Both the position numbers and the translations under genes were made by a program. This document shows, one piece after another, positions 19,267 through 28,077 of a stretch of DNA of 64,000 bases; within the stretch, counting starts at the first letter, position 1; the number at the start of each line of letters is the position of its first letter. The notes beneath the pieces were generated by a model, which was not told the origin of the DNA, did not search any database, and was given only the letters and a program-made list of their open reading frames with translations. This DNA is from a virus (lineage: Duplodnaviria; Caudoviricetes): IMG/VR virus record IMGVR_UViG_2636416124_000002, positions 18,123 to 82,122 of that record. One strand, 5' to 3'.

Positions 19267-19505
19267 ACCTGCTCCTTCTCGGCCTGACTGGCGGCTCGCT
19301 CCCTGTCGATGCGGTCGGCGATCTTCCGTGCCCACTCGCGGCTGTACGGCGTGTGCTTGGCGATCGTCATGAGCGGAACCCCGGCGGCCCTGGCGTCCGC
19401 AATCAGGTCGTCGAGGTTAGCCCGCGCTTTCTCGTGGGCGGAGGTTGCGCGGTCGAGGCGGCGGAGCCATGAGGCTTCGACGTCGGGTTCGGGGCGTGGC
19501 GTCAT
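19263..19505 (-). CDS. Small HTH-type regulator
   Basis: LDDLIADARAAGVPLMTIAKHTPYSREWARKI. Confidence 0.7.
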   Translation of the reverse strand: MTPRPEPDVEASWLRRLDRATSAHEKARANLDDLIADARAAGVPLMTIAKHTPYSREWARKIADRIDRERAASQAEKEQV

Positions 19506-19530
19506 ACCGTCGATGATCTCACGCGGGCCT

Positions 19531-19650
19531 GCCAAGTCGGTGGGCAGTGATCCGCCAACCTTGTGGGCGCTGATTCTCGGATTCGTCATGCCAACTATGT
19601 TGCACCCGGGTGGGCCTCTGTGTCACTATCGAAGTGCCAAGAAAGTTGGC
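19531..19650. promoter_or_regulatory. Four operator-like sites GCCAA-N4-G-T(T/G)G(G/C)(C/A)
   Basis: Copies at 19531, 19554, 19590 and 19636; the last is a perfect GCCAA-N5-TTGGC; all lie between divergent genes. Confidence 0.7.
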
Positions 19651-19671
19651 AGTCGAACCCGAGGGGGACCC

Positions 19672-20010
19672 GTGATCGCCAGCAACCGCACCCGCCGCGC
19701 CACACTCCGCGCCCGCCAGCTCGCCAACCGGGCCGCCGCCCGCATCCGCCGCACCGGCACCGGCACCCTCGCCACCCACTGTTTGGCCGCTGGCCTCACG
19801 CCCCGCGAAGCCCAGTCGGTCGCCGGCTCCCTCCGGAAGAACGCCAAGAAGGCCGGGGTTCTCGGCACGGTCGGCCGCACGTTCCGGAAGGGCGCCGCCC
19901 GGGTCTGCACCCGCTACACCCGGGCCGCTGTCGCCCTGATCGCCGCGATCTACCGGCCCCGCAAGGCCGCGTACAAGGTCGCCGCCGCCAAGCTCGCACT
20001 CGTCGCCTGA
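19672..20010 (+). CDS. Basic phage protein
   Basis: GAGGGGG RBS; Arg/Ala-rich; GTLATHCLAAGL...YRPRKAAYK. Confidence 0.7.
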   Translation: MIASNRTRRATLRARQLANRAAARIRRTGTGTLATHCLAAGLTPREAQSVAGSLRKNAKKAGVLGTVGRTFRKGAARVCTRYTRAAVALIAAIYRPRKAAYKVAAAKLALVA

Positions 20011-20039
20011 CCCTCGCCCCGCCTTCGGAAGGACACCCG

Positions 20040-20477
20040 ATGACCGACACCCCGATGACCCCGGACCGCGAGCAGGAGATCCGCACCTTGGACCTCCTGG
20101 AGCTGATGTCCGACCGTGCGGCTCCTGTGATCAGCGGCCACCTTGCCGCACTGCTCGGAGAGGTCGACCGGCTGCGTGCCCGGGTTGCCGAGCTGGACGA
20201 CGCGAACGCCCAGTTGAACCAGCAGATCGCCGCCCAACGATCCACCGCCAAGCAACTCCTCGGGCGGGTCTCTGAGCTGACCGCCGCCCCGGTAGACGAG
20301 GCGGTCGAGATGGCCGAGGCGGAGGTGGAGCTGGAGGCCATGCGCCGCGAGCACCCCGCCCCGTGCAGGGTCCCCGACTCCCCGGACTGCACCTGCCCGT
20401 CGACGGAGCGCCTCTTGGCCAGAGACGAGTTGAAGAAGGCGCTCCGTGGACACCTCTTCGGCGGCGGCACCCCGTGA
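20040..20477 (+). CDS. Coiled-coil hypothetical protein
   Basis: LLGEVDRLRARVAELD; AAGGA RBS. Confidence 0.7.
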   Translation: MTDTPMTPDREQEIRTLDLLELMSDRAAPVISGHLAALLGEVDRLRARVAELDDANAQLNQQIAAQRSTAKQLLGRVSELTAAPVDEAVEMAEAEVELEAMRREHPAPCRVPDSPDCTCPSTERLLARDELKKALRGHLFGGGTP

Positions 20478-20590
20478 CCCCGCCGCCCGCCCCGGCCCCG
20501 TTGCCGCCGTGGGAGGAAACCCTGGACGAGATCAAAGCCTGGGACCGGTACGTGTTCGACCGGGACTATGACAACAACGACGAGGACTGA
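20474..20590 (+). CDS. Hypothetical protein
   Basis: GTGA-coupled small ORF. Confidence 0.45.
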   Translation: MTPPPAPAPLPPWEETLDEIKAWDRYVFDRDYDNNDED

Positions 20591-20591
20591 C

Positions 20592-20762
20592 ATGAACGAA
20601 TACCCGCACCTCCCCGCCGAATGCCGTAACGGTCGCTGCGACCACGAACCCAACCGGTGCGTCCGCTACAGGTCTCGGCGTTGCCTCTCCGGCGAATGCA
20701 CCCACGCCCGCCAAGACCTGATCTGCGCCGTGAACTACCCTGCCGGCGGCGATAAGCAGTGA
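20592..20762 (+). CDS. Cys-rich small protein
   Basis: CRNGRCDH...C...CLSGECTH...C. Confidence 0.55.
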   Translation: MNEYPHLPAECRNGRCDHEPNRCVRYRSRRCLSGECTHARQDLICAVNYPAGGDKQ

Positions 20763-21001
20763 CCGCCCCGAACCCGATGGGCTGCCGCTGGTGCGGTATC
20801 GACCGGCGGGAACACATGCAGCAGTGGAAGCCGCCCGCTGGCTGGCACCAGTGGACCCAGCCCACTCAAGACCAGATCAAGGACCGGATGCGTGCACGGC
20901 GGGTGGCCCGTCCGAAGCGCGTCCGGCACTCCGGGCCCGACACCAAGTTCTGCGTCCTCTGCCTGTCAGGGGAACACCAGCGCATCGACGAAGAGGAGTA
21001 G
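20759..21001 (+). CDS. Zn-finger hypothetical protein
   Basis: GCRWCGIDRREH...WHQWTQPT...CVLC. Confidence 0.65.
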   Translation: MTAPNPMGCRWCGIDRREHMQQWKPPAGWHQWTQPTQDQIKDRMRARRVARPKRVRHSGPDTKFCVLCLSGEHQRIDEEE

Positions 21002-21005
21002 ACCG

Positions 21006-21218
21006 ATGGCCATTAAGAAGCCCCGGAAGCCGTGGCGGGTCATCGTCACCGGGCCGGACGTGAACGCCACCTCCGACCACACCAGCGAGGACAACGCCTA
21101 CACCCTGGTGCGTGCCGCGCTTGGCGGTGACAGCCCCGCTGAGCAGGCCCGCATCGAGTACTGGAAGGACGGCCAGTGGCGGTGGTTCGAGACCGTCACC
21201 GCCGACGAAATCCCCTGA
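21006..21218 (+). CDS. Hypothetical protein
   Basis: AGGAGTAGACCGATG start; KPWRVIVTGPD...WKDGQWRWFET. Confidence 0.7.
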   Translation: MAIKKPRKPWRVIVTGPDVNATSDHTSEDNAYTLVRAALGGDSPAEQARIEYWKDGQWRWFETVTADEIP

Positions 21219-21240
21219 CCCACCCGCGAGGAGCAGACCG

Positions 21241-21465
21241 ATGAGCGCACGCGACGACCTGACCACCTACGCCGCAACCACCCGCACTATCACCGCTGAC
21301 AGCATCGCCCCGTACATTGACGCCGTCGAGAAGGCCGCCTACGACCGGGCCATCGAAGCCGTCCGCGCCGAGTACCTGACCGACGACACCAGCACCGCCG
21401 AAGACGAGGCGTACAACCAGGGAATCAGCGATTCCGTCGTCGCCATCCGAGACCTCAAGGAGTAG
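21241..21465 (+). CDS. Hypothetical protein
   Basis: AGGAGCAGACCGATG start. Confidence 0.7.
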   Translation: MSARDDLTTYAATTRTITADSIAPYIDAVEKAAYDRAIEAVRAEYLTDDTSTAEDEAYNQGISDSVVAIRDLKE

Positions 21466-21469
21466 ACCG

Positions 21470-21686
21470 ATGAGCGAGCAGGGCACCCACTTCTGGTACA
21501 TGAGCTTCTTCGCCCACAACTCGATCGGGCTCACCGCACAGGAGCGCAGCGGCCACTGGACCCGCCCCCGGCATGACTCGCATGGACGCCATGAACGAGC
21601 TGCGACGCCAAGTTGACGAAGCCTCGCCGCACCTGACTAACGCCGTGATGCTCAGCTTCGACATCCAGCTCAACCAACTGCCCTGA
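21470..21686 (+). CDS. Hypothetical protein (frameshift in C-run near 21565)
   Basis: AGGAGTAGACCGATG start; repaired frame ends ...MLSFDIQLNQLP. Confidence 0.55.
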
Positions 21687-21740
21687 CCGTCCCTGGGCTG
21701 CCGTGTACGGCACGGCAGCCCACAACCCGAGGAGAACCCC

Positions 21741-22004
21741 ATGCTCGCCGTCTCGGAACGCGTCCCCGGCTACGGACGTACCCCCGACCAGACCGTCTGG
21801 CACAAGCCCGCCGCTGGCCACCGGTGCACCGGGGAGTGCGACTTCCACCCCATCGCATGCAGCGAGGAGGAAGGGATCGTCTTCCCCGGCCCGAAGCAGG
21901 ACGTCCCGATCCGACTGGACCAGGAGAACGAGGCGTGGTGCGCCGACTGCCTCAGCCTCCACCGCCAGCAGCAGCGGACCACCACCCAGAAGCCCCCGCG
22001 ATGA
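21741..22004 (+). CDS. Hypothetical Cys-containing protein
   Basis: GAGGAG RBS; WHKP...C...WCADCL. Confidence 0.65.
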   Translation: MLAVSERVPGYGRTPDQTVWHKPAAGHRCTGECDFHPIACSEEEGIVFPGPKQDVPIRLDQENEAWCADCLSLHRQQQRTTTQKPPR

Positions 22005-22186
22005 TCCAGCACGGACAGACCGGCACCCCCGACAGCGACGTCGTCGTCACGAAGAAGGGCCACCCGCTCTACGCGCTCACCGTGTCCAGAAACCGCATGG
22101 AGCGCTACAAACTCACCGAAGCCGACGTCAGCACCACCCGCGACGGGACGCCCCGCCGCACCGGATACGTCCTGGAGGACACATGA
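22001..22186 (+). CDS. Hypothetical protein
   Basis: ATGA-coupled small ORF. Confidence 0.55.
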   Translation: MIQHGQTGTPDSDVVVTKKGHPLYALTVSRNRMERYKLTEADVSTTRDGTPRRTGYVLEDT

Positions 22187-22249
22187 GGACCTGCCCGGTG
22201 ACGCAGAAAGGCCCCGTCCGGTAAGGTCGGGGCCAGGCGGTCATCTTCA

Positions 22250-22374
22250 GGATGGGTCCGGTTCGTCACCGGAACCGCCACTGTGCGGGAGATCCCGGTT
22301 CAAGTCCGGGCCAGTCGACTCAGTCGGCTAGTAGCTCAATGGCCAGAGCGTCCGCTCCTAACGAACCGCATCCC
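22250..22374 (+). ncRNA. Circularly permuted tRNA-like RNA (YrlA/Y-RNA-like topology)
   Basis: T arm CCCGG-TTCAAGT-CCGGG (22294-22310) precedes the D arm GCTC-AATGGCCA-GAGC (22334-22349). Acceptor-like stem 22311-22319/22323-22331 is closed by a loop. GCGGG (22285-22289) pairs with TCCGC (22351-22355). The ends pair (GGATG/CATCC and GGTTCGT/ACGAACC). Confidence 0.7.
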
Positions 22375-23229
22375 GGCCAGCCTTCAGCTCCATGGGCGTC
22401 ATGGCCAGGTCGCGGTAGTACGTCATCGCGTGCCCCTGGAGCCGCTGTACCACCCGGTCCTGTTCGGGACCACTCAATCCGTGACCGGCGGGCGCCGCGT
22501 TGAACCTTCGGCGGCTGACCGCCGTCGAGCTACGGTAGTCGCGAGCGATGGCCTCCGCCCACTGGGCGCGGGTGAGGGCACGCTGGACTCGCCCGTTGAT
22601 CTCATGAGCCGACTCCTTCGTCACCGCCAACGTTGCCATGATCTCGGGCCAACCCAGCGTCGGCGGCATGTCGACCTTCGTGTACGTGAAAGGCCGCCCT
22701 GCGAGGCTCTCCCACCGTGTCACCGCTGCGGGCGACAGCCCTTTCCACCGGTCGATCAGCTTCTTGTTGACCTTTCCGGCTCCGTGCATCATCGCGTTGC
22801 GCCACGTCAAGCAGAAGCCCAGTAGCTCGTCTGCGACGGTCTCGGCTTTGCCGAAACGCAACGTCTCATGGAGTGCTGGCACCGGCCAGCCCCCGGAGCT
22901 GACTGCTTCGTGATCAAGGGCGGGAAATGCTGGCACTCAACGATCGTGCCCACACACAGTTCGATGTGCAGTGCCATGACTTGAGGGATGGCGAGAACCG
23001 CCATGTCGGCCGCCGCCGAGCCGAAGATCTTTGTCGCGTCGGCGACCGTGACGTCGAGTCGCTCCGCCTGCGGCACCGCGTTCAGTATCGTGCTCGCCCT
23101 GATCTCGGGGTCTGGAGCCTGGTCCATATCCTGCTGGATGTGATGCGCCCCTACCGACAGGGCCAGGATGCTGTTGTTCGAGCGCTTCTGCATGGCCTGC
23201 CACGTCCGAAACGCGCTGTACTGGATCAA
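22358..23229 (-). CDS. HEPN-motif (Rx4H) all-alpha protein, about 290 aa after repairing a frameshift near 22920
   Basis: ORFs 22807..23229 and 22358..22936 join as ...CQHFPPLDHEAV... with one extra C; motif WRNAMMHG. Confidence 0.6.
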
Positions 23230-23379
23230 GTCGCCCCCTGGTTATCGGTGTTGGTACAGCCTAGTGCGCGTGACTCCGCGTACCCCCACCCTCGGGCCCG
23301 TCCTGAACCATCAGGCGGGCCCGAGGCGTTGTGCACAGCAGGTCGGCGGGAACACTCCAGGGAGACCACGGAGGTGACC

Positions 23380-23547
23380 ATGCCAGGCCGACGACACACC
23401 GGCTTCAAATCCAAAGCACAGTGGAAGATGTTCTTCGCCAACCCCCGGCTCCGCCGCTACGCCCGCCAGAAAGCCCGCGCCACCAAGGGTGGAAAGATCA
23501 CCCGCTACCGGCGGCTCCCCGCCCGCAAGGGCACCCGCCGTCGCTAA
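23380..23547 (+). CDS. Small highly basic protein
   Basis: GGAGG RBS; MPGRRHTGFKSKAQWKMFFANPRLRRYA. Confidence 0.65.
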   Translation: MPGRRHTGFKSKAQWKMFFANPRLRRYARQKARATKGGKITRYRRLPARKGTRRR

Positions 23548-25235
23548 GCCGCCAACTCCGGACGCAAGCCCCCGCCCACCAGCTCGTCCGGCTCCTCCGA
23601 CTGGCCCTCATCGAAACCCGGCTCAATCCCGTCGTCCGGCCGTTCCTCGGCCAGCTCTCCGCCACCCGTGCTGAACGGATCCCCGGCCGGAACCGCCGCA
23701 GCCTTGTCGTCCCGGATCCGCCGCACCTCCGCCAACACCTCCGCGTCCCCCCACGACGGCTCCCGCATCTTCACCTTCATGAACGTCGAGATCGCCCCCG
23801 CCGACTCCAGCAACGACAACGACCGAGCCGTCGCCTCCGGATCCGGCTGCACCGCCTGCGGCCACGACGCCGTCAGCTCCGCCGCCGGGTCCACACCCTT
23901 CGCCCCGCAATGCGTCACGTCCACCCACATCAGGGTCGTCAGATGCTCCAGCAGCGCCGGACGCTGGTAGAGGATCTTCAGGCCCCGGGTCGTCAGCGAC
24001 TCCTCCTTGCGGGCCGCCACCTCCGTGGCAGTCACCGCCACCGAGCCCTCCTCCCCATACGACTGGGCCGAGTAGCCGGCCGACGCCAGGATCTGACGGC
24101 GCAACGCCTTCGCCGTCCGCTCGTGATCCTCCACGCGGATCGCGAACTGCACCTCGGTGATCGAGTCCTTCATCGACTTGTCGTCGCCCAGGAACCCGGA
24201 CACCGACACCAGCAGCTCCTTGTCCAGGTCGAACGACGCACCATTCCCCGGCCCGTTGGTGTCGAGCATCTCCTGCGGCACCACCACCCTGGCCTTCCCC
24301 AGGCGCAGGTCACGCATCCACGACGACCACGTCTCGTCCAGGCTGTCCATCATCGGTTCGATGCCCGCGTAGTCGCTGCGCCCGAGCGGCGCCGTGTCCG
24401 GCACCCCGTCCCACACCCGGTTCGGGAGGACGTTCGGCATGTGCGTGATCAGCAGCCGGTCGACCCCCGTCGCCTGCCGACCCTTGCCGTCGGTCCGGCT
24501 CGTCAGGAACTCGGTCTCGTGATGGTCCGCGAACCCCATCTGCATACCCAAAGTGCCGTGGTCACCCTTGTACACCCCGTACTCGATCAACCCAGGCGTG
24601 TGGTACTCCAACAGCCGCCACACACCCCCACCGTCATCCAGCGGCTCCAGCTCCCGCCACACCGTCGCCGCCGCCAACATCCCCCAACGCCACTCCGGCA
24701 CCACCGCGTTCGCCTGGATCACATCCGACCACGGGCGCGGGCGCAGCGACGTGTCCCACACAGCCCGCAGGTACACGTTCGACAACCCGGCGGCCAACTC
24801 GGCGGCCTCACGCATCTTCGCGTGACCCCGGTCATCCAGGTACCGGCCGATCTGAGCCTGCGTGGTCTCCGCCGTCGCCTTGTCTGTCGAGTCCACGTCG
24901 ACCGTCACCGTGGGGACGTCCGACCACAGCAGGTTCGCGGACATCTCCGCAATGTCCCCGCCTATGGGGACGTGGAGTTTCGCCGCCTGCTGGCCCGGCG
25001 ACGGCTCCTGGCCCCAGAACATGCGCAGCTCATCACCGCCCACCGCCCGGCGCGCATCCACGTCGAAGAAGGCACGGGCGATGCCGTTCCGGGTGTAGCT
25101 CGCCGGCCCGCCGTACACCTGCGCCAAATGCCCGGGGTCACCGGCGTACCAGGCCCGCCACATGTCCATGTCGGCATGCGGGATCTCCAACTTCGGCGGG
25201 GGCCACGGGGTGTTCCCAGACGGAGGCAGCGGCAT
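23544..25235 (-). CDS. Portal protein (SPP1 gp6-like)
   Basis: 563 aa; LHVP...IAEMSANLL; GRSDYAG; follows terL in the same operon. Confidence 0.9.
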   Translation of the reverse strand: MPLPPSGNTPWPPPKLEIPHADMDMWRAWYAGDPGHLAQVYGGPASYTRNGIARAFFDVDARRAVGGDELRMFWGQEPSPGQQAAKLHVPIGGDIAEMSANLLWSDVPTVTVDVDSTDKATAETTQAQIGRYLDDRGHAKMREAAELAAGLSNVYLRAVWDTSLRPRPWSDVIQANAVVPEWRWGMLAAATVWRELEPLDDGGGVWRLLEYHTPGLIEYGVYKGDHGTLGMQMGFADHHETEFLTSRTDGKGRQATGVDRLLITHMPNVLPNRVWDGVPDTAPLGRSDYAGIEPMMDSLDETWSSWMRDLRLGKARVVVPQEMLDTNGPGNGASFDLDKELLVSVSGFLGDDKSMKDSITEVQFAIRVEDHERTAKALRRQILASAGYSAQSYGEEGSVAVTATEVAARKEESLTTRGLKILYQRPALLEHLTTLMWVDVTHCGAKGVDPAAELTASWPQAVQPDPEATARSLSLLESAGAISTFMKVKMREPSWGDAEVLAEVRRIRDDKAAAVPAGDPFSTGGGELAEERPDDGIEPGFDEGQSEEPDELVGGGLRPELAA

Positions 25236-25250
25236 GACGAATCCTTTCGA

Positions 25251-26507
25251 TCAGGCGGCCAGGGCGAGCTGGCGCTGCCACAGAGCACGAGTGGTAAATA
25301 GGGCATAGCGGGCCGAGTCAATTCCATGATCGGCAACCTTGATCGGACGGTCCTCGCCCTTCTCAGCCGCCTTGTCATCCCAGGCGTAACCAGGCATCTC
25401 GCCGATCAAGCCCTTGCACGACGAATGAACGAGGAGCCTCCCCGACGCCAGAAGGCTCGCCATCGTGCGGATGCCGTCCAGCACGTCGTTCTTCGCAGGC
25501 GTCGGCGTCAGCTTGTCCCGGCGCAGCTGCGCGCTGAAGCTCGCCGCGGACGGGTCCACCGTCACGAACTGCGGGCGCACCGGACCAATCCCCGGCACGT
25601 CACCAAGCCAGCCGCGCATCCGCTCCGAGTACTCGGCATCCGTCAACTGGCGGCGCTGATGGCGCCCGTCGTACCGCCACTCCGACGCCACATACAGGCG
25701 CCGATCCGTCCCCAACCCCAGCAGCGTCGCGTGGAACGGGTTACTCGTTCCATAGTCAACGCCCACAGAAAGCCACCGGTGCATCCGCGGCAGAGTGCCG
25801 ACAACATGACGCTCGTCATCCCACATGTCGAATACGGCCCCCTCGGCCGCGATCCACTTGCCCTCGATGAACCGCTTGAAGAAGAGCGTTCCCTCCCCAT
25901 ACTCGGCCTTAATCGACTCCGTGTATTCGAGAGTGAGAGACGGGTTGTCGTCGAGCGTGAAGTGCCAATGCCCGATGCCCAACTCAAGGGCCCTGTCAAT
26001 GAAGTCCCGCTTCAACCAGTGCGCAGAGCTATCAGGGTTCGTTGTACCGAGCAGACGGGCGCCCGGCACAGAGAGCCGGCCGAGGAGCTGCTTGAAGAAC
26101 GCCTCCGGGAGGAGGGTGATCTCGTCCGCTATGGCCAGGCACACGCTGGCCCCACGAAGCCTCCCCTCCGCTCGGGCATCCGATGCGCCGATGAGGTGCA
26201 CGGTCCGACCCAGGATGACCGCAGTGGTTGAGCCTCTGGTGTGGACCACGTGGAGGGACAGCGCCCCAAAAATCGCGGGGTCCTGCAGTGGCTCAATAAG
26301 GTTCCGCTCGATCGTCTGAAGTGATCGGCCAGCAATGATCACAAGGCCCGTAGAGGGAGCTACGGACAAAGCGATCAGGAAGGCAACCAGGGAGGCGATC
26401 GTCTTACCTGAACGAATTGCCCCCGACCAGATCGCAATCCGGTGCCGTGCAGACTGCGCAATAGACCGCAGCTGCTTACGCGACATCGGAAGCGACGACA
26501 GGTTCAC
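25251..26507 (-). CDS. Terminase large subunit (PBSX-like)
   Basis: Walker A GAIRSGKT; Walker B IADEIT; TTNPD; nuclease domain GVDYG...VDPSA...DHGIDSARY. Confidence 0.95.
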   Translation of the reverse strand: MNLSSLPMSRKQLRSIAQSARHRIAIWSGAIRSGKTIASLVAFLIALSVAPSTGLVIIAGRSLQTIERNLIEPLQDPAIFGALSLHVVHTRGSTTAVILGRTVHLIGASDARAEGRLRGASVCLAIADEITLLPEAFFKQLLGRLSVPGARLLGTTNPDSSAHWLKRDFIDRALELGIGHWHFTLDDNPSLTLEYTESIKAEYGEGTLFFKRFIEGKWIAAEGAVFDMWDDERHVVGTLPRMHRWLSVGVDYGTSNPFHATLLGLGTDRRLYVASEWRYDGRHQRRQLTDAEYSERMRGWLGDVPGIGPVRPQFVTVDPSAASFSAQLRRDKLTPTPAKNDVLDGIRTMASLLASGRLLVHSSCKGLIGEMPGYAWDDKAAEKGEDRPIKVADHGIDSARYALFTTRALWQRQLALAA

Positions 26508-27049
26508 TCATCGCCGCTTTCCGGCACGTCATCTTGCGCGGCAAGTTCCGCGATGCCTTGGGCAAGCTTCCCGAGCATGGACTTGGCATCGTCTGCACCG
26601 CTACTGCCTGTCTCCGTCGGCGCGAGCTTGAGGGACTTGTCGACGGCTATGCCGACGGTGCTCATGAGGGAGCGCTTGTCGGCGGGCGGTGGTTCGTCGA
26701 CCAGCTCCTTGGTGAAGACGTTCTGCGCCCCTCCGAAGGCGTACACGAACGTGGGCTCCCAGAGCTTCCTCCGGAGGCGTTCGGCGTCGCTGGTGAGCTG
26801 TTCGGCGAGGATGCTGCGCCGCTCGGCAAGGTCAGCGAGACGGGCGGCGGTTGCGGCCTCGATGCGGGACCGGTCGAAGGTGAGCTCCAGGTGCTCGGCG
26901 GTCCGCGACACCACCGCATTGCAGATCCCCATCTCGCGGCTGATCGCGTTGCGGCCGAGCCCTTGGGCGTGCAGTTCGCGGAACCGTTCCCACTTCGTCG
27001 AGGCCATTACTCCGTGGGGCACGTCGGTCTCCTGCGGGTCGTCAGGCAT
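26504..27049 (-). CDS. Terminase small subunit (HTH)
   Basis: LHAQGLGRNAISREMG HTH; coupled directly upstream of terL. Confidence 0.8.
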   Translation of the reverse strand: MPDDPQETDVPHGVMASTKWERFRELHAQGLGRNAISREMGICNAVVSRTAEHLELTFDRSRIEAATAARLADLAERRSILAEQLTSDAERLRRKLWEPTFVYAFGGAQNVFTKELVDEPPPADKRSLMSTVGIAVDKSLKLAPTETGSSGADDAKSMLGKLAQGIAELAAQDDVPESGDE

Positions 27050-27920
27050 CAGGCCCTCCGTTCGGTTCGTGCGGCCCGGCGTAGCAGGGCGGGTAGTGGT
27101 GTGCCGTCGATGGGCCAGGTGGGGGAGTAGGGGATGGTCCAGCACCGGCAGTGCGGGTGGAGGGGTGGCCCGGTGGGGCGGTGGCGAAGACGGTGCGCCG
27201 CGGGTCGAGGGAGAGTGCGGCGGGGAACCGGCGGCCAGCGACGACGCTGCGCCCGGCGTAGGCAGCACAGGCGGGGCATGCCCCGGGTTCGGCCACCCAT
27301 AGGAGCCGGGTGGTGGGCCCGATCGCGCGGGCGACCGCAGCAGCGGCGTGTGCGGCGGCGCTGGTGACGGCGACGGCAGCGTGCCGGGCGATGCGAGTGA
27401 CAGCACGGCGGGCCCGGCTGAACACCCCTGTGACGGCGGAGAAACCGAGGGCGGTGACGCTGGCCGTGGTGAGGAGCGCCAAGGCCCGCTGGTGCTCGTC
27501 CGCGACCGCTGCTGGAACGGCGTCAGCTGCGTTTGCGGCGTTGGGCCCGATGACGGGCTGGACGGGTGGGGCGGGCGTGCCGCTCATCATGGCGGCGAGC
27601 GCGGAGGCTTGACGGGCGCTGGCTTGGGCGGAGTTGAACGCGGCGATGCGGATTGCATCCGCCGCGATCTTCCCCTTGCCTCGGAACGCGTCGGCGAGGC
27701 CCTGCTTGACGGCGGCGATGTACCGGTCGAGTGCTGCTGGTGCGGGCAGCGTCTGCCGGGGGCCGGTGGCCTGGAGCCACTGCCGGGTGGCGGTCTGCTG
27801 GGCGGTGGCGAGCGCGGTGGCGAGCGGGGCTGCGGCGTCGCGGGCTGCTTGCTGTTCCAGGCGGCGGAGCGCGGCGGGGTGTTGCCGTGCGATGTCGGCT
27901 ATGCGGTTGCTGCTGACCAC
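27049..27920 (-). CDS. MuF-like minor head protein (frameshift near 27170)
   Basis: WVAEPGACPACAAYAG and PPLHPHCRC after frame repair. Confidence 0.8.
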
Positions 27921-28077
27921 CCTTACCCACCCCCTTGATCCTTGGATTCAAAGGATATCTTGCGCTATGACCTTTGATTGTGCAGCATTGTGGTGGGTTC
28001 AGGGTTAACATCTGGGCTAACACGCCAGCGGACAAGGCGCCGCTGACCGCGTGTAGGCCGCCCAAGGAGGCACCGAG
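27921..28077. promoter_or_regulatory. Divergent late promoter region with GA(T/A)TC(A/C)AAGG motifs
   Basis: Lower-GC intergenic DNA; motif copies at 27940(-), 27945(+) and 27971(-); the same motif recurs at 48623-48669. Confidence 0.6.

Noticed and set aside
22325-22362. Amber-suppressor tRNA (CTA in the loop after TCCGC)
   Set aside because: No 3' anticodon strand or T arm follows, position 33 would be C and not U, and the CTA is also the antisense stop of the HEPN gene.
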